DNA from: Camelus dromedarius
Taxonomy: Eukaryota
NCBI RefSeq assembly: GCF_036321535.1
Contig: NC_087436.1
Coordinates: 29,328,001-29,392,000, forward strand
DNA length: 64,000 nt
Direction: 5' to 3'
Part shown: piece after piece, positions 51,201 through 64,000 of the stretch
How positions within the stretch are numbered: position 1 is the first letter of the stretch
Layout: the number at the start of each line of letters is the position of its first letter
Notes under the pieces: generated by a model
Databases searched by the model: none
Told to the model about the DNA's origin: nothing
Seen by the model: the letters and a program-made list of their open reading frames with translations, nothing else
Made by a program: the position numbers and the translations under genes

Positions 51201-54034
51201 GTGTAGAAATCAGGAAGACTGTAGATAACACCAGCAGTATTTATTACACATACATCATCCTTCTCCCAAGTGGTGTTCACTGTTTCCCCAAAGCTGATCA
51301 CTATCTTCTCTCCCATGAATGGGATTTTCATATATTCTTGAGCCTATTTTAGCCTCTTTTTTCCCCCCTCTGTTGCAATTGGCTTAACTGGCAGAAATAC
51401 TATCCTGTCTTCAATTTTAGTTAGATGTGATTTCTTACCTGATAAACGATGAGTTACTTTTTCTTCCTGTTTCCTTTATTTACTTTTTTGTTTGCTCTCT
51501 TTCTCTCTCCCTCCCTCTTAGGGAAATTGCTCTTTTTCAGTTTTGTTGGTTTTAATGAGAAGAAACAGGTAAAACAAATTTTAATATAAGCCAATGGTGG
51601 TTTAAGGGAACCCACTGAATTAGCTCTCCTCCCAGGTTAGAAGAGCCTCTTACAGACACAGTCCTGAGAAGGAGGCCTAAACAGCCAACGTGGGAATAAT
51701 GTAAGCTAGAGACTTTACTTCCTTCAAAGAAAGTGTTGATCACTGCTGAAAAATTGTTCCATGTACTGCAGCACATCACAAGAAGGTTTACAGGAATAAT
51801 TCAAATATGGCAGACCTAGAACCATTTTCATGAGGCTACACAGTTTATCTAACCTGTATTTATAGGAGTCTACCATTTTTTGCCCACAATTTCTCTCTCC
51901 AATTCTCTGCTTTTGCCAATTTAAAAGTACAGAAGCAACATTCAGAAAACACACACAATTGTATTTGAAGACGTTGCAATGTATATCCAAGAAAAATTGC
52001 TTATTTCTCTTTCTGTAACTCTCCAAAGTTCTGATCATATTTAAAATAATGTTTCATCCATATTTGTTCAAACCTACCATTTATTTGCACTTAAAAGTAA
52101 TTACTAATATTAATATTAGAGTTAATTGTGCTAGTAAATGAATTTTTGCATTAGTTTACTTGAGGGAAATTCATATGCAAATATTTATTAGTTTTTTATA
52201 AACTATATTTTGTGGGAACATCATTTTACTAATTTAATATTATAATACACTTTACATTGATACATATCTCTAATTTCCTTCACCATTAACTATATTACAT
52301 CTACCACACTATTAGTAAGTTTAAGTCTCCTAGAATATAAGTAACTAAAGTGGAAAGCTTTTATTCAAGTGTAATTTCATATCTGAGCACTATATTTTAA
52401 TGATGCTTATATAGTTTCAGTTGGAGCTGTTTGATACCTACATGACAGAATTTTATTAATTAGAAAAAGCATTCAGAATATACCTGAAATAATCTATTTA
52501 ATTAACAAAGAAACAAACAGTGTTAGAAAGTAACAGCCTAGATATTATTGAATAATTTGATGAAAAGTGAAGCTAAGCTTTAATTTTCAATGTAATATAG
52601 TTAAAGTTGTAAAATGCATTCTATATTTTATGAATTAAATCTTACAATTGATAAATACATCTTAAAATCTTCATAAATAAAATACACTAGCTATCCTTGA
52701 AAATTAGAAAATCATGTCTTAGTTTCAATGCACTAAACAAAGAGCAAGCTTTGTTTCATTTGAAATTCATCTAATATGGTAAGTTCCTAGTGAGACAATG
52801 CGTAAACGAATTCCCTGAATCCCATAGAAAGGGGTTTCAGTAAATGACATTTGAGTGAGAGACAGGTTTTGACATTAAGAATGAAATGGAATCCTTGACC
52901 AGTTTTGTATTTTTGAGCTAGTTTAGACAATCAGTTTGAAAAATGTCTTTGGAGAATGTCCCAATATGGATTTTCATTTTATCACCTTTAGTACTGAAAA
53001 TAATAATATGTTCATCAGAAAGAAGACATTTTGATATTTAGAATTAAACAGAGGAATTTATCCATAGACAGAGAGAGTTGTATTTTTCTAATTTCTTGCA
53101 GAACCTGTCATGAACTTTGCATTGACAACATCGTGTTCCTTACCGTTGTCTCTCCATTAGCCTCTGCTTCTCCTATGTCCCTTTAGATTGTAGGGGCTCT
53201 AATAGAACATTAATAGATTTATCCCATTCCATATTTAATACCTTCAACCTACTATTTTTTTGTTTGTAAATGACAGTCTACCCAGTCAGTCTGTCAACAT
53301 CTAATTAGAAATCACTTTGGCAAGAGTGACCATGGCTCCAAATAGCCCTTCAGTGTTAGAAACCAGACATGCCCGAACTACTCTACCAAACCTGTGAATG
53401 ACTGTTTCTAAAACCTTCATGTGCGTATACATTAATCATCCTCATCACATCTAAAACACTTACCCTTAAGAAGATCAGCCTCTGACCACAGCCTACAGTT
53501 CTTTCATTTTATTTCTCACTGAGTGCTGATGACTGTGGTCATCATTCTCACTCCACACGTGAGGAAGATGTACTCCTAGTCTCAGAAGTGGACCTGGTTT
53601 GCTTTGTCTATCACAATTTGGTATCTATATGTCTTCGTATGATGGGATGGAGAGAATCTACCATTAAAGATTCCATTTCCCACTGTTGGTCTGTTATAAC
53701 CATTTTGATACTTTTTCCCCTTATGCAGACTCTACTGATTTAATTGACTACTTATTATGCTCTTAAATGTCTGAGACTAAAATGCCTTCAGAGCTTAGGT
53801 GAGCCAAATAAATGTTAGAAGTTGCAAAGCTGACTAGAGTATATATTCCACCTGAATGCATAAGAAGTCTTTTCTAAAAGTTGTTATACTGGTTTTAATA
53901 ATACAGGTCGGGTTTAGTAACAGCTGCCCATCCCTTTCCCTACACTTTGTACTCTGTCTGTTCTTGCTGGACAGTGCAGTTTTTCTTGCTGGGACAACTT
54001 TAGTTCTACTTGTACATTTCCAAATTGGAAATTA

Positions 54035-54462
54035 AATCAGTTAGGCTTGACTTGGCTGGATACAAGTGAAAAATAATGAAAGAATATTTAAACTGAGCAG
54101 AAGTTTGCTCTTCTCTCTCACACACACAAATCAGAGAGAAGAACAGAAGGTGGCTCCAGGCTCATGAGAAACCAGGTCTCCTTTTAATTGTCCACTACCT
54201 TAAACGGCCTGGGACTCAAACTCAAGGTCACTTCATAAAATACTTGTCCACATACTTGGCAGAAAAGAAGTAAAGAGAGATCATAGAAATGGTGCCATTT
54301 CAGTTAATATAATGTTTTTGTAAGATTCATCCTAGCTCAAAGGAGATGGCCAATTAAAGTTCTAATTTTGTCCTTTGGCTGCCCAGAGTAAAACTGGATA
54401 TTCATTCTGAAAGAAGGGAAGAATGGATATTTACTTCGTGGGCAACTGGAAGTCACTGCTCC
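54035..54462 (-). mobile_element. MaLR LTR (MLT1K/L-like)
   Basis: 'aatcagttagg...agaagtttgctcttctctctcac' and end 'gaagggaagaatggatatt...gggcaactggaagtcactgctcca'. Confidence 0.6.
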
Positions 54463-54914
54463 AGCAGCCGCATGCACACCTGTGCTTCCTGGAATCCCTT
54501 ATACCCAGTTCTCCAGGCACAGTATTGAGCGTCCCTCAAGGATGTCACAGCCATAGTAAGTCTATAGTGTGTTTACTCTTCCTTCTTGTTCTAATTAATC
54601 TATAGCTCTCTAAGCTAAAAAGATCTTACCTATACCATCTTGAAGGTATCTAAAAATGTGTGTCTGCCATTACATGCATCTGAGTATGTGATACATCTCA
54701 TCCACTTCCTTGGGAACTATTTCCTATTCAACTTTCTGTTTTAAAGTGCTGTGGATTATTATTGTATTTGACAAACACAACTAACCACTTTTGGGAATTT
54801 CAGAGGGACTTAAAGTAGGACTTGCTGATATAACAGACATAGTCACAGCATCGTGCTTCTAAACAGAACCAGCACATAAAGGGTGGAAGGGATTTCTTTT
54901 CTGTTTTGTATTTG

Positions 54915-54983
54915 TTTCTCCTCCCCCTCCCTCTTCCTCCCCTTCCCCTTCTCCTTCTTCTTCTTCTTCTTTTTTTTTTTTTT
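54915..54983. repeat. Polypyrimidine (CCT/CTT)n and poly-T
   Basis: Directly visible; source of the Lys/Arg/Gly run in ORF 54800..55075. Confidence 0.9.
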
Positions 54984-55756
54984 AATACTTTGAGGAGCTT
55001 AATGACCCAAAATTTACCAGTTTTGACTTTGGGAGTCAGACACTGTTGCAGCATTGCTACTCCTACCATTGCCAATTAAATAGTTAGTCACCAGTCACTA
55101 TAAGAGCATGAAGTGGTACAAGCTTCTGACAAATCTAATGATCAAAAGACTGGGTATCCTGCTAAGGAAACACAGAACACGTGGAAGGGTGAAGAAGGAA
55201 GTGAGGGCACCTGCATATAGTCATCTCATAAGTGAGGAATTTTCTGTGCTTACCGTATTTATAAGATACTGTTGTATTTTAAAATCCACTTTACTGAATT
55301 CAAATAGAGGCAGGAAACTCTGAGGTACTGAAGCAACTCTATTGCAGCTAGCTATGGGCAGCTGTCCATAGTCTTAACCTCAATTGTTTCTTCTGCTAGA
55401 ATCTAAATCTCCTTAAGCCCGAGACACCAGCATTTCCTGGGCGCTGGTAGAGCTTAGGAACTAAACTGCCCCCTTGAGGTCCAACTCTGCAAGCCACTGT
55501 CCTCTCCAGCTCGGCTGCTCACCCCTAAGGTATAAATGACAATTGAATGAAGCCTTATTTTCTTAATTATCTTTTGCTTCTTCTCTAAGAAACATTTTTT
55601 TTTTCTTCTTGGTGTAGGTATAGAAGTAAATCACTCCTACTAATGCTATCAGAAGAAATCTATTTCCATTCTAGCATTTAAAAATTTTATAAATGCCCTA
55701 AACTTTCCTCTCTTTCTTTGAAAGTCCTATTCCTATTCTATAACTTTGGCCTTCTT

Positions 55757-55824
55757 AATACATACATATATACATATATATACGTATATTATATATATAT
55801 ATGTGTATATATATATATATATAT
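55757..55824. repeat. (TA)n microsatellite, imperfect
   Basis: Directly visible. Confidence 0.9.
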
Positions 55825-56259
55825 GGAAGTATTTTCTCTTATTTGAAATAAAAGGTGTTTGTTAATTACTTATGTAATCAATATTTGGTCTCATGTCCAC
55901 ATGCGTGACCTCACCTAATATATATTATATATATTATATATAAGGTAAATATCTCATATATAGCATGAGAGCCATTTATTAATGTTATATGCAATATAAT
56001 TATAAAATTACCTATATATTATTATGGATATAGTTCAGAGAACTCTATATTTTCTAATAAGTACTCTGGTGTATCTGGTTTCAAATATAGTGCATTTTAA
56101 TATCAAGTTATAATGACATCAAATGAAAATAATTTCACTGACCTGAGACCACAGCAATATTTCTTAATAAGATAAAGATTAAACTGAATACTGTAAGATA
56201 ATTTTAATAGACTAATGCTTTGGCTGGTTCATGAAAAAAATATTTTCTTAATGATGCCA

Positions 56260-58040
56260 TTACCCTACATCCTCTCCAATCACCTCCTCTAATTATTTCA
56301 CCTCTTCCTTGTGACTCTCTGCTCATGGTGATCTAGATTTAACTCTGATAATTCTCACAAAACAGCTCTCTGAAGTTAACAATTGTGTTCAAATTGAAAA
56401 CCCCTGTGGAACTTTCTATTCAGTTCCTGTTACACCTTCTAACATTATTTGACACTCTTAGCCACTCCTTTATTTCTTGAAACACTCTCTTTTCTTGTGT
56501 TCCATGAATTTGCATCCCCCTGATTTTTCCTTCTACCCCATTGCTAATCTGTCCTCCTTCTCAGCTTCCTTTCTGGGCTTATTTCATCTGTCACATAAAT
56601 GTTCCTGTCCCTAGAGTTTTAATAGTAGCCCTCCTCTTTCCATTCTGTCTTCTTGTGGGTGATGTTCCTTGTGTCTGTGACTCTGATCACATACATACAC
56701 GAACCCAGGTCAGTTATCTTCAACCCAAACATCTCCTCTAAGCTCTATGTCTCTATATCCAAACTTCTTACATGAAAAATCTTCTTACATATTTTGCAAG
56801 ACCTTAAAATCTCTGATAGACTTCTCCAAACCTGGCCTTCTACTCTGTTGTGATTGAGTTAAATTATTTAAATCATAATTTTAGGATTCATTCTCTATCT
56901 CATTGCCTCTCTGTTACTGAGTCCAAACTTGTTCTGCTCACTGTATGACAGGACAATAAATTTGGAGTGAGGTGTTGGGGGAAGAAATAATGACTTTATT
57001 TGGAAAGCCAGCAGACCAAGAAGATGATGGGGGACTAATGTTTAGAGAACCATCTTCCTGTGTTTGAATTCAGGCTTCTTTTATACGAAAAAGGGGAAAA
57101 GTTAAAAAGTCCTCCTTCGGTCCAGACTCCGGAGGGGATATTTCTTCCTGCCTCCCGTTACTCATTGCTGGGCCTGGTCAGGATGTTTCTTGTGAGCTAA
57201 ACAGAGGTATTTTAGCTTGATGCTCATTACCTGGGAAACAGGATTCCCAGAGATGGGCCATTATGTATAATTTAAGCTTATAGACAACATCCCTTTAGGG
57301 ATTAGCAAGCAATAGAATACAAAGGTTAAACACAAAGAAAAGATCTAACACAGAGTCACACTGGTTCTTCCCTATGACATCTCCTCTTCCCATACTCTGT
57401 TCTTCATCACGACACCCTGCCATCCTAATCCTCTAAATATCTTTTCAGTTTCTCTCTTCTCCACTTCAGTCATCACAATTCTAAACCAAATTACCATCAT
57501 GCCTCATATCATACCTGGGACCCCATGAAAGTACTGATGCACACATACATATTCATTCTTGTCTCACTGAAATTCATTCTCTACATTGGAATCAGAACTA
57601 TGTTTATAAAGCTGGACCCTGTTTATGTCACACTTGAATTTTCATACTACATAAGTATACCAGTCTCCAAGTTTAAAAGGGTCCAATTGCTTCACAACGG
57701 CCTCAGGAATAAAAAGACAAAACTCATTAACACCACTCCCCCTTCTTTCCTTTCTAACATGTCACGCTCATTTTCCCCTTTGCTCTAATTTGCTCCAGTT
57801 TCTTTTGTCTGACATGCATCACTCAACAAGCAGTGTTTACACATCCTCTAGCTTCTGATTTGAATTTTCTTTACACCTATCCTTGCCTCGTATACAAATT
57901 AGGAAGATTTTTGCCCAGTGCATCAACAGTTATTCCCTGCCACTTTTCTCGGTTTTACCATACCCGAGTAAAAGAGAATCGTAATATTGCCAACCTTTAT
58001 ATCAGATTACCTTTGCATTATCCTCAATATGGGGGGAAAT
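56260..58040 (+). mobile_element. LINE-2 interrupted by a solo LTR
   Basis: Pyrimidine-rich L2 text (ttcttgaaacactctcttttcttg, taaatgttcctgtccctagag, ctctaaatatctttt) on both sides of 56912-57379. Confidence 0.75.
56912..57379 (-). mobile_element. ERV1 solo LTR (MER41-like)
   Basis: TG...CA termini, exact 4-bp TSD TCTC (56908-56911 / 57380-57383), and reverse-strand polyA and TATA signals (tttatt, ttttata). Confidence 0.85.
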
Positions 58041-58329
58041 GAATACATAATACTACAGCTTAAAATTTCCAAATTAAAATGCAGAAAAGGATTACTTCAC
58101 AGTAGTTGTTACATGTAAAATGACTATTATAGTAACACACAACCACTTTGAAAAATACAACTAGCTAAAAGGTCACCTTTGCATATCACATCTGCAGAGC
58201 AAGCTATTTAAACATGAAAATTATTGCATATCCTACTTTTTTATTCATGAATTTTCTTTCAGATAGTTCAGAGTGAAAATATTTTTAAAGGCCAAATCTG
58301 TTAGATTTGAAAATATAGAAGAATATGAG

Positions 58330-58659
58330 TGTAATGGACTAAACATTTATGCACCCCCCTCCCAAATTCATTATGTTGAATGTCTATTCCCAAATGTGAT
58401 AGTTTTAGGAAATGGAGCCTTTGGGAAGTGATTAGCTTAAAAGGATAGTGCCCTCATGAACAGAGTAAGTTCCCTTATAAAAGGGACCCCAGAGAGATCT
58501 CTCACTCCTGCCATGTGAAGATACAACAAAAAGATAGCAGTGTGCTACCCAGAACAAGGCTCTCACCAGAACCCAACCATGCTGGCATCCTGATCTTGGA
58601 CTTCCAGTGTCCAGAACCATGAGATAAAATTTCTGTTGTTTTATAAACTACCCAGCCTT
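58330..58659 (+). mobile_element. MaLR LTR (MLT1A-like), 3' end clipped
   Basis: 'cccttataaaagggaccccagagag', 'accatgctggcatcctgatcttggacttccag...ccagaaccatgaga'. Confidence 0.9.
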
Positions 58660-58830
58660 CCCATATTGATCTATAGATTCAAGAAAATCATAATTAAAAA
58701 AAAAAAACCCAGCATCTTGGATTGTGGATAACAACAAACTGGTTCTGAAGTTTATACAGAAAGGCAGAAGACCCGACTAGCTAACACACTGTTGAAGAAC
58801 AAAATCAGAGGACTGACATGGCGTAACTTT
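58660..58830 (+). mobile_element. Old L1 ORF2 fragment
   Basis: Degenerate PILIYRF...NKLVLKFIQKGRRPRLANTLLKNKIRGLT, matching L1 ORF2. Confidence 0.8.
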
Positions 58831-60121
58831 ACCTTTTTCCCATGCATTAAGTGAAAAAGTCAAACTCTAAGTTAAAGATTGAACCTAACTGTTCTATTTG
58901 AAGCATATAAAATCAACTTTATATAAATTAACTTATATGAATTAACTGTGAATTTCTCCTGTTAGAAGAGTCAAAACTTTAAAAGCTCTTGCCATATTTT
59001 CTACATGCACAAGAAAATCTGCAATTGAAAAGTATGAAAATTAATTTAGAAAAACAGTCATTTGATTAAAACAAAGATTCAAGTTCAGAGAGTTATAAAC
59101 AAACTTTCTGCAATTGCATGATCACCTTGGGACACACTTTAATGTCAAATAAATTCTTATTTTTCAAGAAATGTTGATGTTTCTTTAGAAAATTTGCTTT
59201 CTGATTCTCATGTGATCATTGATATCAACATATATTTCATTTTGATGGCATCATAAAAGTCAGCCAACATTACAGTGCAAGCTCATCAATTAAAGATTTA
59301 AATTTTCCTTAAATATCTACTTTATTCTTATAGATACATTAAAAGAATTTATTGTAAACATTTTCAATATCAAACGTTAAAATAGTGTCAGTTTCCACTA
59401 TATAATAAATTTTAAAATAACCACAGCAAGAATATATGTTCTAACGTAGGATTCCTTAGTCTCTATTTTCTGCATAGACTTACTGTACAGCCAATCTGTA
59501 AATTCCTACCTTTGCCACTGATCTTCACTGACTGGCCACGTTGAGGCTCCACACACCAGCCAGAGCGCGACTAGCCGGTACACTGAGGGCATGGCAGGGG
59601 CAGAGAGCATTATCCCATTTCTAGGTCACTTGTGAGGGAGTGGGCAGCAGCGCTAGGGACTCCTCTCCACGCTGCTCCGCGTACTGGCTCTAGAAGAAGT
59701 GTTAGTTTCATTGGCTTAGACAAAGGCAGAGTTAAAAGAAAAATGCTTACATCTTTCAAATTGTCAAATTTCAAAAAATGTCTTAAGGTGAAACTTCTGT
59801 TCACTGCAGCCAGATCCTATACACTGTAAGACCAAAAAAAAAAAAAGGAAGAAACAAAGTATAAACTGTAGGTCAATGAAATCCTCACATTTATTTTATT
59901 ACACGGATTAATAATGATACTCCATAACAAAATTGAAAATCTAGTACAAATAGTAATGGGACCAGATGCTAGGTTACCAATGGAAATCAGAACTCTGCCA
60001 GGCAAACTAAGCTATGTGGTCCCCTTAGGGGTGTGTGTGTGTGCATTCCCCCAGTGTTTGAATTGTTTAAATCGATTCTACCACATAGCTTGGACATTCA
60101 CCCTATTCAACTCTTCTAGGG

Positions 60122-60334
60122 CAGCGGTTCTCAACTGAATGTAATTTTTCCCTGCAGGGTACAATTAGTTAGGGTCTGGAGACATTTTTAAATGTCAGCA
60201 ACGGGGGATGGTAACTGGCATCCAGTGAGTAAAGGTCAAGGGAGCTGCTGAAAATCCTACAATGGCTAGAACAGACCCGCAAACAAATTAGTCTAGATTC
60301 AGTATGTCAGTAGCACTGAGTTTGAGAAACCCTC
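60122..60334. mobile_element. MER20-like hAT-Charlie MITE
   Basis: TIRs cagcggttctcaac / tttgagaaaccct, flanked by tctag-containing target sites; internal 'tctggagacattttta', 'actggcatccagtgagta'. Confidence 0.9.
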
Positions 60335-60659
60335 TCTAGATAGTTCACAGCAGCCTTTGATATCTAACTATCAAATCAAAAATGTAACAAGAAAATTTTG
60401 AAATTTTTCAATTTTTAGAAAACAAGATCACTTACCCAAAAGAATGTGCAATTTAAAATAGACATATAAAACACTCCAGAATTGCTACATTTCAATTCTT
60501 GCTGAACCCTCGGTCTCTGTTAGTGATAACTGGTCAACCTAAAATTAAAAGAAAAAACAGAAATTATTTTCTAAAACATTTAGACTTTGGACGTATATGG
60601 TGAAAGTAAAACAAACAGTCTAAGACAGTAAGATGTTTGAATATAAAATACCTTTCTAG

Positions 60660-60870
60660 GAACTAGCTTTTAGAAATTATGTCATTAATCCTCACACTGT
60701 GCCCAAAGGGTAGGCGATAGTAATTATTGTATCTGTTTTACAGATGAGAGAACTTGGTCACACAGAGGTTAATTAGTTCCACAAGTTTAATTTGAGAGTC
60801 GGTTATAGGACTGGGAATGATACGCCAATGTTACAACTTCAAACAATAAAACTATACATTTTTACTCTAT
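60660..60870 (-). mobile_element. MIR
   Basis: 'taatcctcacac...ttttacagatgagagaact...cagaggttaattagttcc'. Confidence 0.8.
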
Positions 60871-61794
60871 AACAGGTATAGTTCAAATACTTTAGTTTTC
60901 ATTATTATATTAGCAATTAAACTTACCATATAGCCTAGGACTAATTTATTTCTCAATTCAATATATTTTAACTGAATGGCTATTAGATACAGGGTGTTGT
61001 GCTAAGTATTGTGAGAATCGATCTTTAGTGACTGGAGAAAGAGGCTTGCTCTCAAGATGGGATTATTCTCCAAGCTTACCTTGTCCTTGTATTCAGTAAG
61101 GTACCCCTGCATATGGTCTTCACAGATCCAAGTTTCTGGAAGGGTCAATGCATGTATTTGGTTTTTCTATTGTGAATTTCTATTCTAAGCATAGGTGTTC
61201 ACTAAATGGTACTCATTTTCAGAATGTTCATTATTCATACATTTCATCCCTTTATAAGTACAAGTTTGAATGGAAAAATAATGTCTTTCCATAATTATGT
61301 CCTAAGAGAGCATCTCCAATATTGAAAACATGGTGGTGATCAAAAATTATGACAACATCTGACACCTAGTAAATGTGGCTTACATGTTAATTATTATTGT
61401 TACTATCAAAACTCCCTGAACCAGGAACTGAATGAACACATATTGAGTTAAATTTTGGCTACTGAAGTTGCCCCTACCCCCTGCCCCCAAACCACTTTCC
61501 AGGTAGAATAACATCCCATATCTGTTCCAGTTGCTTTTAACACTGAACCAGATTTCTATTCCCATAGAGATAATATTGAACTAATCTTGTTCCTTAACTT
61601 CTACGGATAAGTGTTTACAGTAAGTAAAACTCAAGTACTACAACTAAACTACCAAACCAAAATGAATCTCTTTCTTAAATTTGTGACTTTATAACGAAGC
61701 AAAATAAAGCAAAAGCAACCATTACTGCCTCTTTTAAGTGATTATATTGCACACAGTTTACACCCTCTTAATATTTTTAAATAAACCTGTCAGT

Positions 61795-62040
61795 TGAAGT
61801 AATAGCATAATGGTTAAATTTTTAGGTTCTGAGAAGGCAAATAACCAACTTGGTGTCTTATGTGCTTTGGACATTGGGCAAGTTCTTCAATTTCTCTATG
61901 CTATTTTCTTATCTGTAAAACAGAGGTGATGATAATAATATCATTCACATCACACAGTTCTGTGGGAATTAATTGAGTCAGTCTATCATAACTTAGAATT
62001 GTAGCTAGCATGAAATGAGCCATCAATAATATAAACTAAT
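61795..62040 (+). mobile_element. MIR
   Basis: 'atagcataatggttaa...ttgggcaagttcttcaatttctctatgct...tctgtaaaa...cttagaattgtagctagca'. Confidence 0.8.
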
Positions 62041-63839
62041 ATCACCTCAGCATTATAATATTTTCTAATATAAAATGCCAGTTTAATTTGTTAAAATGCC
62101 TTTGTGTTTCCACTTCTGCATTGGCATTTTTATGCCATGTAGAGGGGATGTTGATTTTTTTTAAAAGAAAACATGATAAAAGTAGTATTTTTGGTTGTTC
62201 AATACAGTTGTGGAAGGATATCAAATAAAGGACACAATGGAACAAGAGAGGCTAGGTTGGGGGTTAGTAAAATAGTGTAGGTATGGAGAATAAGAAACTA
62301 AGATGGGATAATAAAAGATTAAGTGGTCTAAAAGTAGCCTGCAGAGGCAAAAGTTGTAGAATACAATCATTGCCTCCTTTGCTTGATCCCCGGATATGAA
62401 AGCAAATGCCTGCCTGGGACTCAATCTGGAGAGAGAATTTCTTTCTTCACAAATACCTTTGTGTGTGTGTGTGGTTGGAAAAGACCAACGTGATGAAACT
62501 GTTGGATAACAAAGGCAGCTTACTGATATTTTGATGATAGGAGCATCACATTCCTCTCATTGCTTTGCTAACATGCTTGCAAAAAACAAATCCTCCAAGA
62601 AGGCAGTGTTTGAAACGGCGTTTCAATTTAGCCACTCACATTGAAAAATATTATGAATACATGTAGCTCACTTATATACTTGACATTGTCTAGTGAATTC
62701 CAAAAAAATATCTTACAGGTGCAAACATAACAACAACAACAATTAAAATAACTGAGAACATGTTCTGCTTCGAGTTTGGATGTGGAAATGTACAAGACTG
62801 TGTGTTCACACTAACAAACATAACAATCTGAGTAAGATAAAGATTGTCATTTTCCTTAAAATGAGGAAAATGTGAGGACTCAAAGAAACCTAAATGGAAT
62901 AAATTCCAGGAAGTGAAAAGCTTTTCATGTGAGAGCTTTGTTTGTAATGGTGGAACTGTGATTAGATAATCCAAGGCCACTATGATGAAGGTCTGTGAAG
63001 CAGCCGAACTCTTAAGGAACTTTTGGTTCCTGCAATTGGGCTGCCATAACATTGAAATCCTGAACTGTCCTAGGCACAGAGTGAATCTGCACCCACCAGC
63101 TACCTTGTAGATAGGTGTTGACTGAGTCTTCAGTGGAAATACACCAAAAGCTGGAGGGGAGAGAGTTGAGGGTGGTCCCCAAGTTTTACCAATACTTTAT
63201 CCATCCAGTGCAAGGTAGCTGTTCTCAGAAGGCATCTGGGCAGAGCAGGAGTGCTGAGAAAAAGAGATCAGAGAAACTCCACGCTTTCAGGGAAAAAAAA
63301 ATCTGAGATTGAGGCAGGAGTCTTGAAAGAAGTCCTAGGAATTCACAGACTCCTGCCTTCTGAAGTCCAAAGGATCTGAAGGGCGATTGAGATAATGGAC
63401 AGGCAGAAGCTCTAGACAGCAAAGAGACCCAAAACCCTAGCAGGTATTCTGAAAAACAGGGAGAAAAAACCCACTCTTCTGCAGACTAATGGTTTGGTTA
63501 AATTTAAACAGATATCTGGAATTTTCTCAGTGTTCAGTTCCCTGGCCTGGTGAAAGGAAAGTTCTAATTTAACTATTAAAATATGCAAAGTAACAGGGAG
63601 GACCTCTTTCTGCTTAGAATATAGAAATCTGCAAGGAAATTTGCTCTCAATTGAACAATGGGGGAAAACAGCCAGATAAAGTGCAAATTTTCTTGAATTC
63701 ATCAGAGAGCTGAAATCATAAAGCAACCAAGTAGATCATTATCATGAAGAAAGTTTAAACTATCATATGAAATAGCCTCAACTTTCAGCCATATAATCTC
63801 AATTGTCATGAAACCCACATCCACATTTTATCATTTCCC

Positions 63840-63945
63840 CTCTTAATTTTGAAGGATTAGCCCTCTTCTGCCGTCAACCCCACACCACCATTCAGCTACT
63901 ATCCTATTTCTCTGCTCATTTTCTGTGAAAGACTTTTCAAAACAT
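63840..63945 (+). mobile_element. LINE-2 RT fragment
   Basis: 'cagctactatcctatttctctgctcattttctgtgaaagacttttcaaaa' (SYxPISLL motif). Confidence 0.5.
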
Positions 63946-64000
63946 ATATTTGGGCTCCAGGGGCAAAATTGGTAAAGAAAATCAGTCTCTGGTGGATGAA

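Noticed and set aside
54800..55075. Lys/Arg/Gly-rich ORF resembling a protamine or RGG protein
   Set aside because: It is the translation of a poly-T/(CTT)n/(CCT)n simple repeat.
62690..63726. 120-aa and 104-aa minus-strand ORFs
   Set aside because: Composition is AT-biased, with no domain or coherent splice structure; consistent with chance ORFs.
1..64000. Prokaryotic-type systems (CRISPR, operons, defence islands, phage)
   Set aside because: The sequence is mammalian repeat-rich DNA with no repeat-spacer arrays and no dense long ORFs.

Overview
This is AT-rich, CpG-depleted eutherian mammal DNA, not prokaryotic. I found no CRISPR array, operon, rRNA/tRNA gene or long intact ORF. The window is gene-poor (intergenic or large-intron) and made mostly of transposon fossils. 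These include L2, MIR, old L1M pieces, MaLR (MLT1), ERV1/ERVL solo LTRs, MER2- and MER20-type MITEs, and a ~2.7 kb hAT-Charlie relic with readable transposase motifs. There is one comparatively young 5'-truncated L1 (32157-33223) with a recognisable TSD. Its 3'UTR looks cetartiodactyl, and I saw no Alu, B1/B2, Bov-A/tA, PRE-1, CHR-2, ERE or CAN SINE, which suggests a camelid (inference). Nearly all ORFs in the track are chance or repeat-derived; only the L1 ORF2 C-terminus is clearly protein-like. Non-repeat candidates are a possible last coding exon at 929-1004, several exon-shaped segments on both strands, CTCF motifs (perfect at 49575-49588), and a few CpG-retaining regulatory patches. The best of these is a GATA cluster next to a CpG-rich MIR at 16.6-17.1 kb. 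I could not name a host gene and found no convincing new multi-gene system. Repeat subfamily names come from recalled consensus similarity and old-repeat boundaries are approximate; both need RepeatMasker/Dfam confirmation.
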